A DNA stretch of 64,000 nt from Hydrolagus affinis (lineage: Eukaryota), in the NCBI GenBank assembly GCA_012026655.1, contig JAAILG010000259.1, positions 1 to 64,000 on the forward strand, in the 5' to 3' direction. Positions 43,191 to 58,619 of the stretch are shown here, one piece after another. Made by a program: the position numbers and the translations under genes. Below the pieces are notes generated by a model. The model had not been told where the DNA came from and searched no databases. It saw only the letters and a list, made by a program, of their open reading frames with translations. Positions within the stretch are counted from its first letter, which is position 1. The number at the start of each line of letters is the position of its first letter.

Positions 43191-44115
43191 CCTGAGTTAG
43201 AATACTACAGTTTCCAGTAAATAAGTGCAACAAGAGTTTCAAATATAATTGTTAAGCTACTCCCTTGTTCTGCTTGTTTTAATAAAGAGCCACTAGAAGA
43301 TTTTAGGATCAGTGGGTATCTTGTAACACTGTAATTAGCATTGATGTAATTTCTGCTGCACAGATGGGCAGGCACAGAAAAAGTGCTACAATTTCATTTA
43401 CCTACTAATTCTGACAGCTTCCTGAGCACTCAAAGCAAATGTTGGGAGGTGTTGAAAGACATCTTGTAGGTTATAGCTTCATCATTAAATGCAGCAGATA
43501 TCATCAAGTCTAGACAGTGAAGAGTTTGCAACCCCGATCTACAGCTCGGATTTAAAAAAAAACACACTTAATGACTGCGGCACACAGATTTTAAAATAGT
43601 TGAAATTCTCAACACATGACTCAGTTGGAAAGCATTATGTCATCTTTTTCATTACTTCAGGCAAGAAAACAAGATGACAGTAAGCAGCCTACCCTGATGA
43701 CAACATTACCAAATGCTGACATGACCGTGTGATGTTGCCATATGTTCGATAGTAGTGTGACAGCTATTTAGAATAAATGTCATTACTGGAAACTGGTTGA
43801 GTTAGACCAGGCAGCTCAGAAGTGCCGCCGCCAACTTACTGGCTGGCGGAACATCACAAATGGCCTTTGTCAAATACTTCCAAGTCTGTGCATTTGCTCA
43901 TGAACACTGCATTATACCGGGTTCTTGCCGCTGAGTTATCTTCATGCTTGATAACTTTAGTGATGACAGCGGACAGATAGAGTCAATCTCAATTTTACAG
44001 CAAGCACCTTTTTTGGGGGGCTGGGCTAATCTAAATGGATTGCCATACATTATGAAGATAACTATCCAATCCATTAAAAACTCTATTATTTCTGAAATCT
44101 TTCTGCCTTTTTTAG

Positions 44116-44140
44116 ATATATATATATATATATATATATA
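44116..44140. repeat. (TA)n microsatellite
   Basis: Direct reading. Confidence 0.95.
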
Positions 44141-46646
44141 CCACAGTGCATAAACTGTGAGGGCCTAACACTATAGTGGTTGCCATCACCCATCTGTTTG
44201 ACAAGACAGACAATAGATGAGATGGGCATTCTGATTCTCTTGTGAAAACCTAATATGCCTGGTACTTGGAAGGCAACCCACAATCCCTTGATAAGTGCTT
44301 GCAAAGTTGTGGGATTTGCCACATGTTAAAATCACCACTGTTATATGATAATCGGTGACTAAAAATCCTATAAATTCTGATCTTTCACCCCTTATGTTTG
44401 TCAGAAGGTTTTACAGTCAATTGAAGGTTTCAGCCAAGAAACTTTTTAACGGAATCCTTCAACAAAGAAACTGTTCAGCTGAAAAGTTTGCTATAATAAG
44501 CACATTTCCATGAAATGAGATCAATTGTGTCATGCATGACCGTATATCTTTGGGATTATGTCAAAGGCACAGAAGAAATCTTACAACAAAATCCTATGAG
44601 CCCTGCAGCAAACTGAATTGGATATTGCATCTACAAGAAAGCGCTAGTCCCTGAAATCCCATAAATATATCTGTGGATTTGTATTGGATATAGAAAGAGA
44701 AAATCACTTTCAACACTAATTTTATAACACAGTTACAAAAAGCATTAAAAGGTTAAGTTTACTTTGGAAACCTGTTTCTTAAAACCTAAGTTTCAAGTCC
44801 AGAAATGATCATGTAATTTGATTCATTTCAGAACTTCAGCTAAGTCAAGTGTAAGTTAGAAAAATAATGTGAAAACCTAATGTTAATTTTGGCAGTGCAA
44901 AGCACCTTTGAAAACCTTACCTCATGGTGGTCATTAGGATATTAAAAAAGAAATATAGTGGGATTCTTTACCTGGTGGGTAATTAATGACCGAAACTGGT
45001 TGCCAGGAAGAATGGTTGAGGCCAGGACTCTGGATGAGTTTTTTTTTAAATAAACAGCTTCGATGCCGTGATGTGAAGATGGGTATTCTGGAAGAATGAA
45101 TTCAAATATGCTAAGGAGTCTTTTTCATCTAAACCAAACTTGTGACCTGGTGAAATATGCTCATTTACTGAATGGGTAAGTCACAAATGTAGGCCACGTC
45201 ACCGGGAGAAACTCAGTTTTCTTTTCGAACAGTGCGATCTTTAAAGTCTAACTAAACAGGCAAACCAGTCATCAATCTAACAACTCATCTGAAGCCTATA
45301 CTCCATTATTTAGTCACAATTTTGGCAGTGGTTGCTGTACTTGATTTCTATAATAATAATAGTAATAATAATCCTTGCATTTGATGTAGCACCTTATCGC
45401 ATCTTTGAGATGACTCAAAGCACTTCTTGGAAAATGGACTGTATATTTTGTGGGCGAAACTTGTGTGCACATATTAGAATTGTGCACGTATTAGAATTAG
45501 ACTTTAGAATTTAACTCCGATATTCCCATCATTAATCCATACAAACAGTGTCAGAAATGGACCAGGTTCACTGCACAAAGGAAAGGCTGGTCCCAAAGAT
45601 CCTCTCCTATGGATACAGCCACGCATTGAAAGGTCACTATTTGTGGCTTAGATTCTGCCATTCATTCCTTTCCTCAGATAATACAATGGCAGCTAGAATT
45701 GAAGTAACAAGCATTGCTCAATACAAATTCTCTGTACACTTCACCAAACCTGCAATGCTCTGCACAGAAGCTACACACCTACTTAGACGATGGTTAAATA
45801 TCCATTTTCACAAGCAGAAGCAGTGAAAAATTATATATGTCCCCATGTGCTCGGGTTCCAGCATCATCTAAGCTATATTTATTTTAAAGTGTTTTGGGAA
45901 AACATTAGCTAGTTAGATTTCCTAGCACAAAATTACAACTCATATTTGAAATGGATGAAATATTCATAGTGTCAACATACTGATTTTCCTGATACCATCA
46001 TTCATACTTAAATAGTGCCTGCAAAACAAAAATCAACACTGATTTCCCACAAGTTTGGGAAAGAATGGACCTCAAGCTGACCTCAATTTTATAATTCGGT
46101 GTTGTGAATTTTAAATGCATCATTTTGTGTTCTGGGGTTTTAAAATTTTGTAAGAATTTATATCAGAGCTTTATTCCATCTTGATTTATTCATCCATTAA
46201 TATGTTCATTCATTCGTTCACTGGCTACACGCTTTAATTCCTGGTTGAAAAAATAAAAGTGAATTTTTGGCCGGGCTCCCACGCTCTAAAACTCTTTCCA
46301 CAGCTCACGCGGAGCTCGATGATGGAAGACACATCACAGAAAGAAAAAGTAGTGTTGACACATGGCAGGTTCTGCAAATTGGCCAAATTGTCAAGACAGA
46401 TTGACCGAGAGATAACAACAACAAAATCACATTTGTAGAGCGCCTTTCACATTGGGAGGACATCCTAAGGTGCTGACGAAAGAGGGTACCAGACTGTAAC
46501 TCTTGTTTTATTATTCACTATCTGTTCCATTCTTGAAGAGCTCTGAACTTAATACAATTTATAGAAAACAAAACAAATGGAAATAACAATAATAACAAGC
46601 AGTTTGGGACCTGAGTGAAGAATATAATTGCAACTAGTTGTTGTTG

Positions 46647-46760
46647 TAATAATCCTTCCATTTGATATAGTACCTTATCACATCACTGAGACATCTCAAA
46701 GCACTTCACAGAATATATTGTAAAGTGAATTGACTGTGTATTTTGTGGGCAAAACATTAC
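46647..46760 (-). mobile_element. SINE 3' fragment (a similar one lies at 45352-45460)
   Basis: taataatccttccatttgatatag...ttttgtgggcaaaac. Confidence 0.82.
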
Positions 46761-49700
46761 TTCCAGCCATATTATTGAAAACCAATTTCACGAGCCCCGT
46801 CAGTATATGAGGCTTAGTCAATAATTAAAAGTGTAGAAATACAGGAGTGAAACATCCTTACTTCCAAGTGTTATGGAACCTAAAGGGTTTGTCAGCCTCT
46901 TAATATCAGTTTTGTTAGTTCATGGAAATCTCATTTAACAACTTAAACCTTCATGCATTAGTCTTAATTGTACCACCAAATGTTGAATCTTTTAATGGTT
47001 ATAATCCCACTGAGTGCAACAAAAAATGTATTAGTTTCCACTGTGTATAAGTCACTCTCTGACACACGTTATTGCTTTGGGTTAAAATCCCTAGAGGCTG
47101 CTCTAGTATATAAATTGCCCTCTGTATTTACAAATTCAGACAACAAAACAATACTAATACGGGTTGTACATAGGATATACATGTTACAATACTGTTTGCT
47201 TTTCACTATAACGTGAGATGGATGAGTGCCCATTTACTACCTCAGGTCAAATGAAATGAATAGCCATCCAAAGGAAATTTATGACATGTTGCAAACCTAT
47301 GGACGTCTCACAGAAGGCCATTGAGAAATTTCCAGTTTGTGGATTGGGGAATTCCTAAGGGGAAGGCGACACAGAAGACCAGTTGAACCATTTACAACTC
47401 TTGTTGTTCTGAACTAATATTATCCCTCTGAGATCATGCGTGAATTGCAATTACTCTTTTCTGTTAAAATAACACTCTGGACGCTATATAGTACCTCATC
47501 TATTAAAGTGTTGTATACTGATAAATTACACATCAGCAAAGGGTGTGAAAAAGGTTGCAGCAACTAAAGGGAGCTTTGAAAGAACACTGACTAAAACTGG
47601 CAGATAATACGAGGGGGAGCAAAGGGACCGTAAAGAAAATGTGCCCGACACTAATTCTGTTTTACGACAAAGATGGGTCAACTTTGTCATGTAAGGAGTT
47701 ACTTTGCCTGGAACTCTGCAGGTGAACGAACGTGGGGAAGTGTAGGCGTTCACTTTCTATCCAATATAATGAATCGAAGAATGAGTTTGCATTGCATAAT
47801 TCTTGGGAGAGTGCAACAAATAAGACAAAATGTAAATCTTCTAAAACTAGGTTAGTATGTAAGAAGTTTGTTCTTGTTCATCCAAAATACTAACCCCAAT
47901 ATCTTCCCATTAAAACATCAAAACACTAGTTAAATCTGTCAAGTTTACTAATTTACTGAACTCATCCCATCCTTCCTGGTAATCCATCCCATCTGAAAAG
48001 TTGAAAGGAAATTTTCTGTTTTAAAAATTTCTTTCACAACCTAAACCTGAACTGACTGCATTGGTATAGATTGAAAGTAAATGGGGAGGTTATGACAGAA
48101 TAGATCACAAATTTCTGCAAAACAAATGTATTGCATTCTGGTATCACAGTGATGGTTCAGACTGAGCAAACTGAACAATGTTTTTTTTAATTCATCTCAT
48201 CACTTTCTACTTTATGCTACATCAAGCAGGCTTAGAATAGAAAACATGCTTCCAATTGACGTAAAGAAATTTGATTGACAGGAAACTCTGGAACTCAACC
48301 TTACGACCTCCAGGTTGGCAGTCATATCATATCTTCACTCATTCCCATAAAGAAATGTGAGAACTGAGACGTTAAAGAAAAAAGAAGCAATTAGTCAAAG
48401 AAATACAGATAAACTAAAGGTATTTTCTTCTCTTCTACTGGCTTGGCAATATCTTTTTTTTGCCTCTGGAACTCATGGGTTTATGCGGCTTTACAATGAA
48501 TGTTTAATTTTGTTCAGGAGATCACACAAATTCTTTTTATTTTAAGTATGGCAGACAATCTTTCAACCAGTTGTATTGACAACAATTATCCAGAATGTGT
48601 ATAAGATGGGATTTCTGACCCGCTTGGAGTGTGGCTGTTATGGTTCACTGCTGGATGTGTGGCTATGACCTTCTAGGACTCTTCATGTTTTCTTCAATGC
48701 AAGGCATCAAAAGGTGGTCCTTATAGGCAGACATCAGTCATTAAAATCCTACAGCAAAAAAAAACGTAAGGCAACTCCGGGGCCTTGCTTGCTGGTCTGT
48801 CTAATACGGTTAGACTCACCAGAGTCATAAATAATTGGTTTCCGTTCGTCATGTTGTCACAGGCCAAATAAATCCTCTAATGTTTAGCTTCACACAACTT
48901 GATTCTGTTAAATTCTAGTCTCCGGTTGGTGTCGTCTGACAGATGAATAAGCCACCAGCAATTTCACTGCCTATCCTTTCAGGCTGCATGGATAATGATT
49001 CTGTAACATATTCAGTGAAGCAGCAGGAATATTTATTTGGCAGGCCACATAACCTGTTTATCCACCTTTACTTTGTAATCTTTCACCTTAATTGTTACAG
49101 ATTTATGACTAATTTGAGAGAAAAAAATTGCGCATTATTCACAACACATGTTTCAAAGACTGTCTTTGGGACCAAATTTGGATCTGGCTTTGTTGTGTCT
49201 TTTCAATTGCCTTTGATTTAAAAAAATGTTCCCCCCTAAAGACAAAAGGAAATCAATAACAACAGACAGAATAGAATAGCGACAAGGCACGTAGATGCAT
49301 ATCCATAAGTAATCTCACGTAAAAATAGTGTTTCTCTTCATTTCTAAATCATTTTCACATACAAATACAAGTGCAGCTTTTGATGTTGATATAAAATTTA
49401 CAGTGGAATGTAGTGCCTTTCTATACAACATTTCAGAATACAAGTAGCCCAGCCTTTACTAGGCCAAATCCTCCCTTTGCTAATGCGACAAGTAATGTTA
49501 TGGATTTGTGTGTCTCTACTTTCTGTTGCTCTGGTGCTGCTGGGAGAACAATGCATTTCAGAAATTATGTGACAATCATAAACCCTTTCTCTAGGAGTCT
49601 TTTCATCTGATTGTAATGATTTTTTTTCAATGCGTCAAACACAATCCTGTTTTTCATTTCACGTGGCAGAATAATATTGTTTCCAGCTGTGAAAAAGAAA

Positions 49701-51092
49701 GGAATCATCTAAATCTCTTTAATGTGGTGGTGCTTCAGTGCCCTGCACTGTTTACATTTCCAGTAACAAATACCAGTAACCAGCTCTGCAGTCTCAGCAA
49801 GTCTTCAGTGCAAATGGGAACGCAGGCAAGGGATTTCATTGCACTAGTATCAATGCCATTTTAAGCACCATCTTTAGTTTGGCAAGGCTTGGGTAGATCT
49901 AAATCTCAAGTATTGTTTAACAAAAGGCAATTGCCTTTCTGACATCTTTTTTTAACAACTTGTAGAGCAAACCTTTAAAGAATTTTAGCCTCGTTTTGAG
50001 CTTTCCCTTATTTTGTGGCTTTGTCAGTGTGCGTGAAGTCATTCGTTTAAAGAAACAGAAGGAATCTATAGTGTTATCTCGTGTACATATTTATCATCGC
50101 GCACATCACATAAAAGACAACATGAGACAGATGAAAACAATATGTACACTTACAAGAGATTTACTTAATTTGAAAGTATACAGACACATTCATAAGTTAA
50201 AAGTGACTTACAATTTGGGAAAGGGGACTTTCTGGACTGTTTTAAACCCTGGAATGTTAATGCTTAAATGCCATTAAGACAGGCTTTAAGAGCAGCAGAA
50301 GCCTCAATTGGGAAGGCATCCAGTTCAAGCAAATGTTGCCATTTATTCATTCCATTAAGCAGACACCTTTAAAAGCTATATATATCTTAATCTCTAATCA
50401 CAACATCAGGTACCTAAAGTGCCGAGGAATTAAAAGTCTTTAAACCATCTGTAATCAGGTTTACCTTACATGATAAAGAGATTAATGCCCAATTTACTCT
50501 GCCTCTGATACAGCCTCAAGCTCCAAAGTAAATGAGATGGCAAATGAGCTGCTACAGGGGATGTTAAACGCACCTAACAATGGCACTTCTGATGATCACA
50601 AGAGGGGTTTGGATGGAGAGGGAAGATTCTTTGGCCAATCTGATTTCACCCTTGCAGAATAACATACTCGAACTACAGCATCAAGTGGGTCTTAAATGAG
50701 TCCAGCATCCTAGCCTCAATCACCCTGCCAGGTCGATCATTCACTTCTGGGCAAAGAAATACTTGCTGCTGAAATTGCCCTTTGCGACCTTGAACCTTTG
50801 TTCCCTTGTTCTACTGCTTTGGCCGAGAAGAAAGCAAAATTAATGGAGTGAGTGATAATGTTAGCCAAGAACGATTCTAATCTACCCCATTTGGATCATC
50901 AAGTTGTCGCACATTAACGTCCTCAGTCGTTATTGCCTTTCTGTGCAAGCAAAGAAATATCCCAACAAGAGGAGTATTGCACGAATCACTTCCTGAACCA
51001 GTTCAATATAAACTTCCATTGTTCCCATTGGACTGGTCAACCACATCAGTTGAAGTTTATAGTCCTATAAACTTATATTATAATATATTATA

Positions 51093-51336
51093 TATAATAA
51101 TAATCCTTGCATTTGATATAGCACTTTTCACATCTTCTAGACGTCTCAAAGCGCTTCACAGAATATACTGTAAAGTGAATTGACTGTATATTTGTGGGAG
51201 AAACGCAGCAGCCAATTGCACACAGTAGTGTCCCACAAACAGTCGTGGATTGAAATAACCAATTTTATTATTGTGTTTTTTTTTGGAAATTATTAGGCGT
51301 GTAGCGTAAGGAAATTTGCCCAAGGTTTTGCCCTGA
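51093..51336 (-). mobile_element. SINE, well preserved, head truncated
   Basis: Full tail and body through taaggaaatttgcccaaggttttgccctg. Confidence 0.9.
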
Positions 51337-52151
51337 CCTGCCTGGATGGAAAGTATAGTGAATTATTCTATCTGCATTTCACTGCAATTGTCCTGAAAGA
51401 TAATTGTCCTTCATAAGCATGTTCAACTTTATTCTGACCTTTGATTTTACTTATGCTTTCTCTCAATGAAATAATAACTCTATTCTTAACTGATGTTCTA
51501 AATGCATGTTTTAAATGAACTGAAATATATTGCATGTTATATTCAATAGGTTAACCAACTGCAGAACATCTTGATTTTACAAAAGAGTAAATAAATCTTG
51601 CATTTGATATAGTGCTTTATCATGTGGAAATGTTTCAAAACACTTCAGAGTTTCTCGATCCAATACGCCCATCCCCCCCACATCCCTCCCCTCCCTCCCA
51701 CCACCACGCTACCCACTGCAGTGCATTGGAATGTCAGCCTGGACTCTGAGCTCAAAGTCGCCATGTATCTCTGGCATCTCTATGTTTAAAAATACAATTT
51801 GACCAGATGGATAAGTGACATCTCTATCCACACATTTATACTTGCTCTAGCAGCAGATCACATTAGCAACGTCAGGCTCACACATGTATCCTTATGTGTA
51901 AAAAGGTTTTCCGTTCCTGCTGTGCCTTGCCTGCGTGAACAGCCTGAATTTGGTGCACTTGTGGACTCTTGGTTTCCGAGCCGAGTTGGGAGTTAAAAAT
52001 AAATGAGAAGTAAGAAAGCTTTGCATGTTTGGAGACAAATGCTACACATCTCAGTACAGGATAGGTTTGGACCAGTGAGGCAAAAATAAACTAGAGAAAT
52101 GTTTCCAGTGCAATACAATACACGACTTAATCCTCAGAGGTAAAGAGAAAT

Positions 52152-52520
52152 GATAATAATCCTTGCATTTGATATAGTTCCTTATCACACTGTGAAGATG
52201 TATCAAAGCGCTTCACAGGATTTTAATGTGAAGTGCAGTGACTGTGTAGGCAGATGATTTGCACATAGTCATGCGCCACTAACAGCCATGAAATGAACGA
52301 CCAATCTTATTTGGGTTATTGTTGTCCAGGACATCGGGCAAAACTTCCTTCTCTTTTCGTATAGTGCTTTTGTGTATCTTTAACATCCACTTGAACAGGC
52401 AGACAACGCTCCTGACAATGCAGGGCTCCCTCAGCCTAGATGGGGAGTTCAAAATTTCAATATGGAGCAGATTTAAATTCTGACCCAGAGATGAGAGAGA
52501 GCTACCAATTGAGCCATGCT
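52152..52520 (-). mobile_element. Deu-type SINE with tRNA-like head remnant
   Basis: SINE tail, atctttaacatccacttgaacaggcag core, ttctgacccagag...gctaccaattgagcca. Confidence 0.7.
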
Positions 52521-53577
52521 GACAATTTATCGCAGAGAGTAGACCCCAGTTTGCTAAAGTTATGTTCAGTGATTTAGGAGCAGGATATCCGTCTCTAACC
52601 AAATATTCCAAAGTCCATTGAGAATGTTCCCGTAACACTGCAGGTCACTCTAAAGTTATTTATTTTGTTCACATTATTTGTGTGTAATAAAGATAACTTC
52701 CTTCTAAGGGGATTTGCTACAACATGAGGATTTATTCAGAATTTATATCATGGTTTGACTGTAACTCACTGCCCTTAACATTCATGTGTCTTTCAACTGT
52801 TCCTATTGTCTTCTGCTCTGAAACAGATTAAATAATTTGGCAATTTACTGGTTGGGAAATTTACATGTAAATTTGCATCTAAATGTCCCCTGCATCGGCT
52901 TACATTGAGGGAAAGAAATTTGCGGAGGGGATGGGGAGAGGAAATTAAATCTCATTTGCTATTTGCTGCAAAATATAAAATCGTGAGTAGTTTTAGATAT
53001 CAGCACTGAAAAAAATTAATTTTAACGTGTGGCATTCCGCCTTATAATTTCAAGCAGCTATTAAATGTAATGACAAGGTTGTGAAACCAATTCATTTAAA
53101 TGCTGAAGTTCCTGGAACATTCACTAATTAATTGTTTTTACCATTACAATTCCTTAGGTGTTCCCTTTAATCTGCTACTTTGTTCCTGTAGTATTCCTGG
53201 GCTGGATAAATATTTTAAGGATGAATATTGTAAGGACATTGCAACTACATTTAGCCAACATGCTGCTGTAAAAAGAGGTGCAGGAACGGCAACCAGAGCT
53301 CCCAAGGAGATAGAAGCTGCACAGAAGGTTAACTGAAGTGGGGCAGGAATAGAGCAGGAGTTATCCAGAGACAAACAAGGCTGTCCAATCACTCATGGTT
53401 CCTTCATCAACAACAACAACAACAACAAAATTATATTTGTATAGCGCCTTTCACGTCAGGAGGACTTCCCATCATTTCGCAGAGCTAAGAGATATAATGT
53501 AACGAAAACCATAACAAACGTTTAAAAAGATTCAGCATCAATTATGTTTATTTCAGCCATTAGTTTCCTTTTTCCAC

Positions 53578-53840
53578 AGCCTGATAATAATCAAAAACAA
53601 TAATCATTTGATCACTCAATCCACGACTGTTTGTGGGATGCTGCTGTGCGCAATTGGCTGCCGTGTTTCGCCCACAAATATATGGTCAATTCACTTTACC
53701 GTATATTCTGTGAAGTGCTTTGAAACATCTAGAAGATGTGAAAAGCGCTATATCAAATGGAAGGATTATTATTATTATTCTGTCAAACGCTTTGAGACAT
53801 CGAGAAGACGTGATAAGGTGCTATATCAAATATATTATTT
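53578..53840 (+). mobile_element. SINE with tandemly duplicated 3' tail
   Basis: tattctgt...ctttga.acatc.agaaga.gtga...gctatatcaaat occurs twice in succession. Confidence 0.85.
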
Positions 53841-56639
53841 TTGTTATTTTTGTAACGTCCACCCAGTCAAACTTCTTCTGTGCTGCCATTTCATTCTGAT
53901 GCAGAATGTTTCTTAGCTCTAGTGATATATACAATATAAACTAGGCAAGCATCCGGCTATTTCAAGCGGCTTTTTGGTGAAAAAAGTTGGCACTCAAAAT
54001 AAATGGTTCATAAGGTTTCCAATGTGATTGTATCGAATGCTGAACCATTTCTTATACATCTCCATTTATTCTGCTTTTAAAAAAACACTTTGTTGTGCTT
54101 TCTCCCAGAACAGTCTGTTTCAAAATCTCAGCTTTAAAGCCAAGCGGAGGCAAATTTTGGTACCTCGACCAAAAAGATGAGTTCTCCCTTCCCAAACACA
54201 GGATCATCAAGGCAAATAGTTGGGAACATAGGAACACAGGAATTACTAGACCAAGGTCATTCCAAAAATACACCAAAAAAGACCAAGGTCATTCTAATCC
54301 GCCTTCCGGAAGGTAAATGCTACAATAATGGAGATTTTTATAGTAATAATCAATCTGGCTAAAATCAATGAACTCAGCACAAAGCAGGAGGTAGTGGGTT
54401 TATTTTGTTTTATACATTTTTTGTTTTATAATCAGGCACAATCAATAAAGTAACAAAGCAACCATTTCACCAACCATTAAGCATCTGTGGTTGGCAATGC
54501 ATGACATGGTCTGTTTAAAGTCCAAATTCCTAAATTTGCAACTCTTGTTCTATTAGAAAAATCTCCTTCCTGAGATCAGATATTGTGAAAGAGAAGTTCA
54601 GATACAGGGATTTCCATTGATATGTGCCTTACACAGGAACCTTCAGCCTGGTTTATACTCTTGACGGTGATGGGTTTCCACATGTGTCAGACACCCAGCT
54701 GACCAAAAACAACTTGGACTTGAATCTAGGAAGGGCAGAGTTCACAGAAGATATGTAAATTAGTGCTTCCTCAATGAATGCAATAAGAGAAAATCACATG
54801 AAAGAAATAAGCTTCTTTCATAAAGTTTTAACTTGACGACAACAAGATTTATTTTTCTTAATAATAATCAAAGTAAAACCTTCTGCCCACTCTATTTGCA
54901 AAGAAGGGTGAGTACCCAGGCTTGTTTTCGAAAGCCCAAGTTTGTTTGGTGCCTCTCTGTTTAAATAACATGTGAACCATGATAGGCAGTAACTAACTGC
55001 TGGAACAATCTTTAACATACTGAACCAATGTGACAGCCACATTGTCAGAAAGCTGGCCCGCAGCTGATTCAGAAGAAGTATTAAATGCTCTTGCAGTGCT
55101 TCTATTAATTGCAGAGCCAATTACAGTATATAATATACTACTGTAAATCATAATAAATTTTTTTTGGATATCCTCTACCAATATGAATTTGTGAAATTAT
55201 CTAAAAGATTTTTTTCACCAGTTAAGTTTCACTAACTGGATTAATTTGTTAGGTAATTGTGAATACTTCTTGTGTTTCTGCAAACTATAAAGTTAAGCTG
55301 CAAGCATTGTATCTGACTGATGCAGTGAAGAAGAAAAAAAATCATAAAATACAGTTCCCTTGAAAATAAACCATGAGAGAATTTCAGATTTTCTCCAGAA
55401 GATATGATTAACATATGTTTCAATAATTCTTTAGAACAATTTTCTTTAGGGGGACTGACCCTGTCAAGTTTATTAATGTATTCCAACACAGGCTTCTACC
55501 AAGTCTTTATAGCCATGTGCTGACTGCTGTGTTTAGCAGAAGTAGTTTGTGTCTGTACCTTTGTGTGTGTGGAGGGGTGGAATCAGTATTTATTTTTACT
55601 TCATCGAATTTTTGGTCTAAAGTGAGGCCGAGACCCTGTCCAAGCACCAGACTGTGAAAGAAAAACCGAAATGCTTTAAATGCCACACAATTTCCAAAAT
55701 AGACTTGGACTGAGGTGCTTTGCAGGGGTAGAATAAAGCTCTCCAAAGAGGAGATAATCTCCCCCCCCACACCCACCCCACACGCACATAAGTGAGGAAT
55801 CTATTGTGGGGTTTGCACACAGGAGAAGGCCATTTCTCCTGCTGTGCTATGCCGTCTGTCTGCTGAAACAGCTATCCACTTAGTCCAATACTCGTCCCTT
55901 TTTGCCAATACAGTACTAAGAAAAAAAGGGAGACGCCTGGGTTGAGGCTGCTGGGAAGATTGTCCAAAATGTTTTGCTTGCTTTTCCCCTGCCCCACTCT
56001 GTATTCATCTATGCAGATCAACCCACTGCAAAAGGAGGAAAGAATGTAATGGAGGTGGGGCTGCACATGGGAGGGCACCTAGCACAACGAGACTTTACGT
56101 TCGCAATCCATTGTGTGTGCGCTGTTGACACACTGGTGCTTCAGTGAGGACTCACCATTGGAGCCTGAGGGTTAGAGAAAGGGTTACTGTGCCTTAAGCT
56201 GCATATTGAAAACGAAAGAACAGAATCTCTCCAATTCTAACTCTGATCCTTCAAAACAGTAAGATAACAAGTTTTCATTTGGTAAAATGACACAAACAAC
56301 CTTTTGTTCCTTTTTCAGTTTTGAAGCTATTATAAGATTGTGTTACAGTCAAATCGTAGTCCTGTCTGTAATATATCTCTGTTCAATGACCTTGCAAAGC
56401 CTGGCAAGGTTTGTAGAGCCTTATTGAAGCCTGCAAATGATTGTGTTTATTATTACTTCTGCAGAAGAACTGTATTTGCAATTAACCTTTCTACTAAAAC
56501 AGGACGTTTCAACAGGATTCTCTGTTCATTAGAAGATGGTTCGCATAAAAGATTATAAAGTAAAGCTGACAGTCAAACAGATTTCTTTTCCACTAGAACC
56601 TTACACACAATTCATTTTATGCCTCCTTATCCACACATT

Positions 56640-56880
56640 GCAGACTCTACATCACTGCTTCTAACTGCCACTCACCCTCCAAAGCCTCTCTATCTGTCAT
56701 CTCACCTTAAAACTTACCTCTTCGACCGTGCCTATGGTCATTTTCAACATTGACCTCCCCTTTGTTCTCCCTGTTCAGTGACTGACCACCCCCCACCCCA
56801 CCCCCCACAAACCCGACTTTGAAAAATATTCTGAGCTGTTATCCTATATGAAAGCTGTCATACAAATGCAAGTTGCTGTA
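56640..56880 (+). mobile_element. Old L2 3' remnant
   Basis: caccttaaaacttacctcttcgaccgtgcctat (LKTYLFDRAY) and tail caaatgcaagttgctg. Confidence 0.65.
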
Positions 56881-58619
56881 GTATATTTTTCATTCAGTCA
56901 CTTTAATGACATTTAACTACTGTACTATTTCTGGACATATTCTGAACTACATGCCATTGCTTATTAATCGTGTGAATGAGCCGGGATAAAAACATATTAA
57001 ATATTAAAATATATCAAATTAAAGCTGTATGCAAATATAAAGCATTATCAGTACCGGAAGTGGCGAGTATTAACAATACTTCATAGCGGACAATTAAACC
57101 TCAACTGATTGCCTCAGGCTAACCAATTTGGTGGCGCAATTCATCCTTTTGAATTTGTTTTTTAGATTAAATCATTGGTATCCAGACTATTAATATGTTG
57201 TGCATAAAGCTATTTTGTATTAAAGACACTTTTGCGTCTTAAATAATCTTTGGATTTCAGCAATTTGCTTGGATTTTATTAGAAACCGAGCAATTCACGT
57301 TGTGAAATTTAAAAGCCTTTATTATTTTCTTTCTGAATGAATGTTGCGTTAAATGACCTGTTTGCTCCGCTTTGTAAATCCAATCTACAAATACTGGCAA
57401 TGGGTTAGTGGCATCACAATAGGTCAATTCTCCTTCTATTAACTTTACCACAGGTTTTTAGCTTAGCACGGCTGGGAAAAGGGTGGGAACAAAGAAAGAA
57501 CTCAATATAGGTAATGCCGTGTCACCAATTATTTTCAAACAATTCAAGGCAGAGGGATGTGGGATGGAGTTCCAGAGGGTGGGGGCAAAGAGGCTGAAGG
57601 CTGATTGAGATTCTTCCCATTCAGTTCCCTGCAAGCCAAAGCTCTAAGTGCCAGGGTAGTCTGAGTTCTAAGATTGCTGTGTTACACTCTAAATATTCGG
57701 ATGCTCTAACAATCAAGAATTCTTGATAACTGACCGAGAGCATTTGGTTGGCTTCCCTACCTTTGCGCCTACTTACCTGCTCAAAGCTGTTTCCTCATAC
57801 CCCACCCTTCCTCAAATGTCTTGAAGATCTTGTGAAAATCCTCTGTTTGGCTAGTCTATTTCAACGAGGGAATCTGAAAAACAAAAATCGCCCTTTAAGG
57901 AGAAAAAGTTGACACTCTACACAAATATAGCCACATAATTCTGGCACCTAATAACATTTAATATTTCACTGCCACTGAGTGAGGCAGTAACATAGAGCAG
58001 TAACTTACACACTTGTAGGTGAATACAAAAGGTTCCTGTTTGTGAATATGTTTAAGCTTTTAATGGAGTTCCAGGAGTAGCTTTACACAGTGATTCCTTG
58101 CACACTGCCATTTATTCATTTTTATTGGAATAATGGAACAAGAGGACAGCCAAGTTATTCTGTGGCAGCACCAGGCCATTTTCAATATAACAGCAGCCAG
58201 AAGGCCAATTAAACACTTGTAAAAATTTAATTACATTTAATGAAAAAGAAAATGTTATTCTTGAGCACTCAACAAATTGATAACATATGGCCATGAAGCT
58301 CATTGAATGCTTTGGAAGAACACGAATCTGTAAAACTTTCAGTTCATCCCGGTTGTAATTCATGGTATGACTGTCAAATTGAGATGAATCAACACAGCTC
58401 TTATGTGATGGGTGAAAGCTGCTCAGCAGTATATAACTTTCCTGCACTCAAAAAACACAGAGGCGGCAGGAAGCTCATAAAATAGAACTATATTGGTTTT
58501 ATTTACTCACAAGTTCATTCACCCATTTCGCCCTACAATAATTCAGGATTAGTCAACAGATTGCACTCTTCCCTCACTGCCTCCTCCATCACTTTCTGTA
58601 TCTTATATTCTCTGCATTG

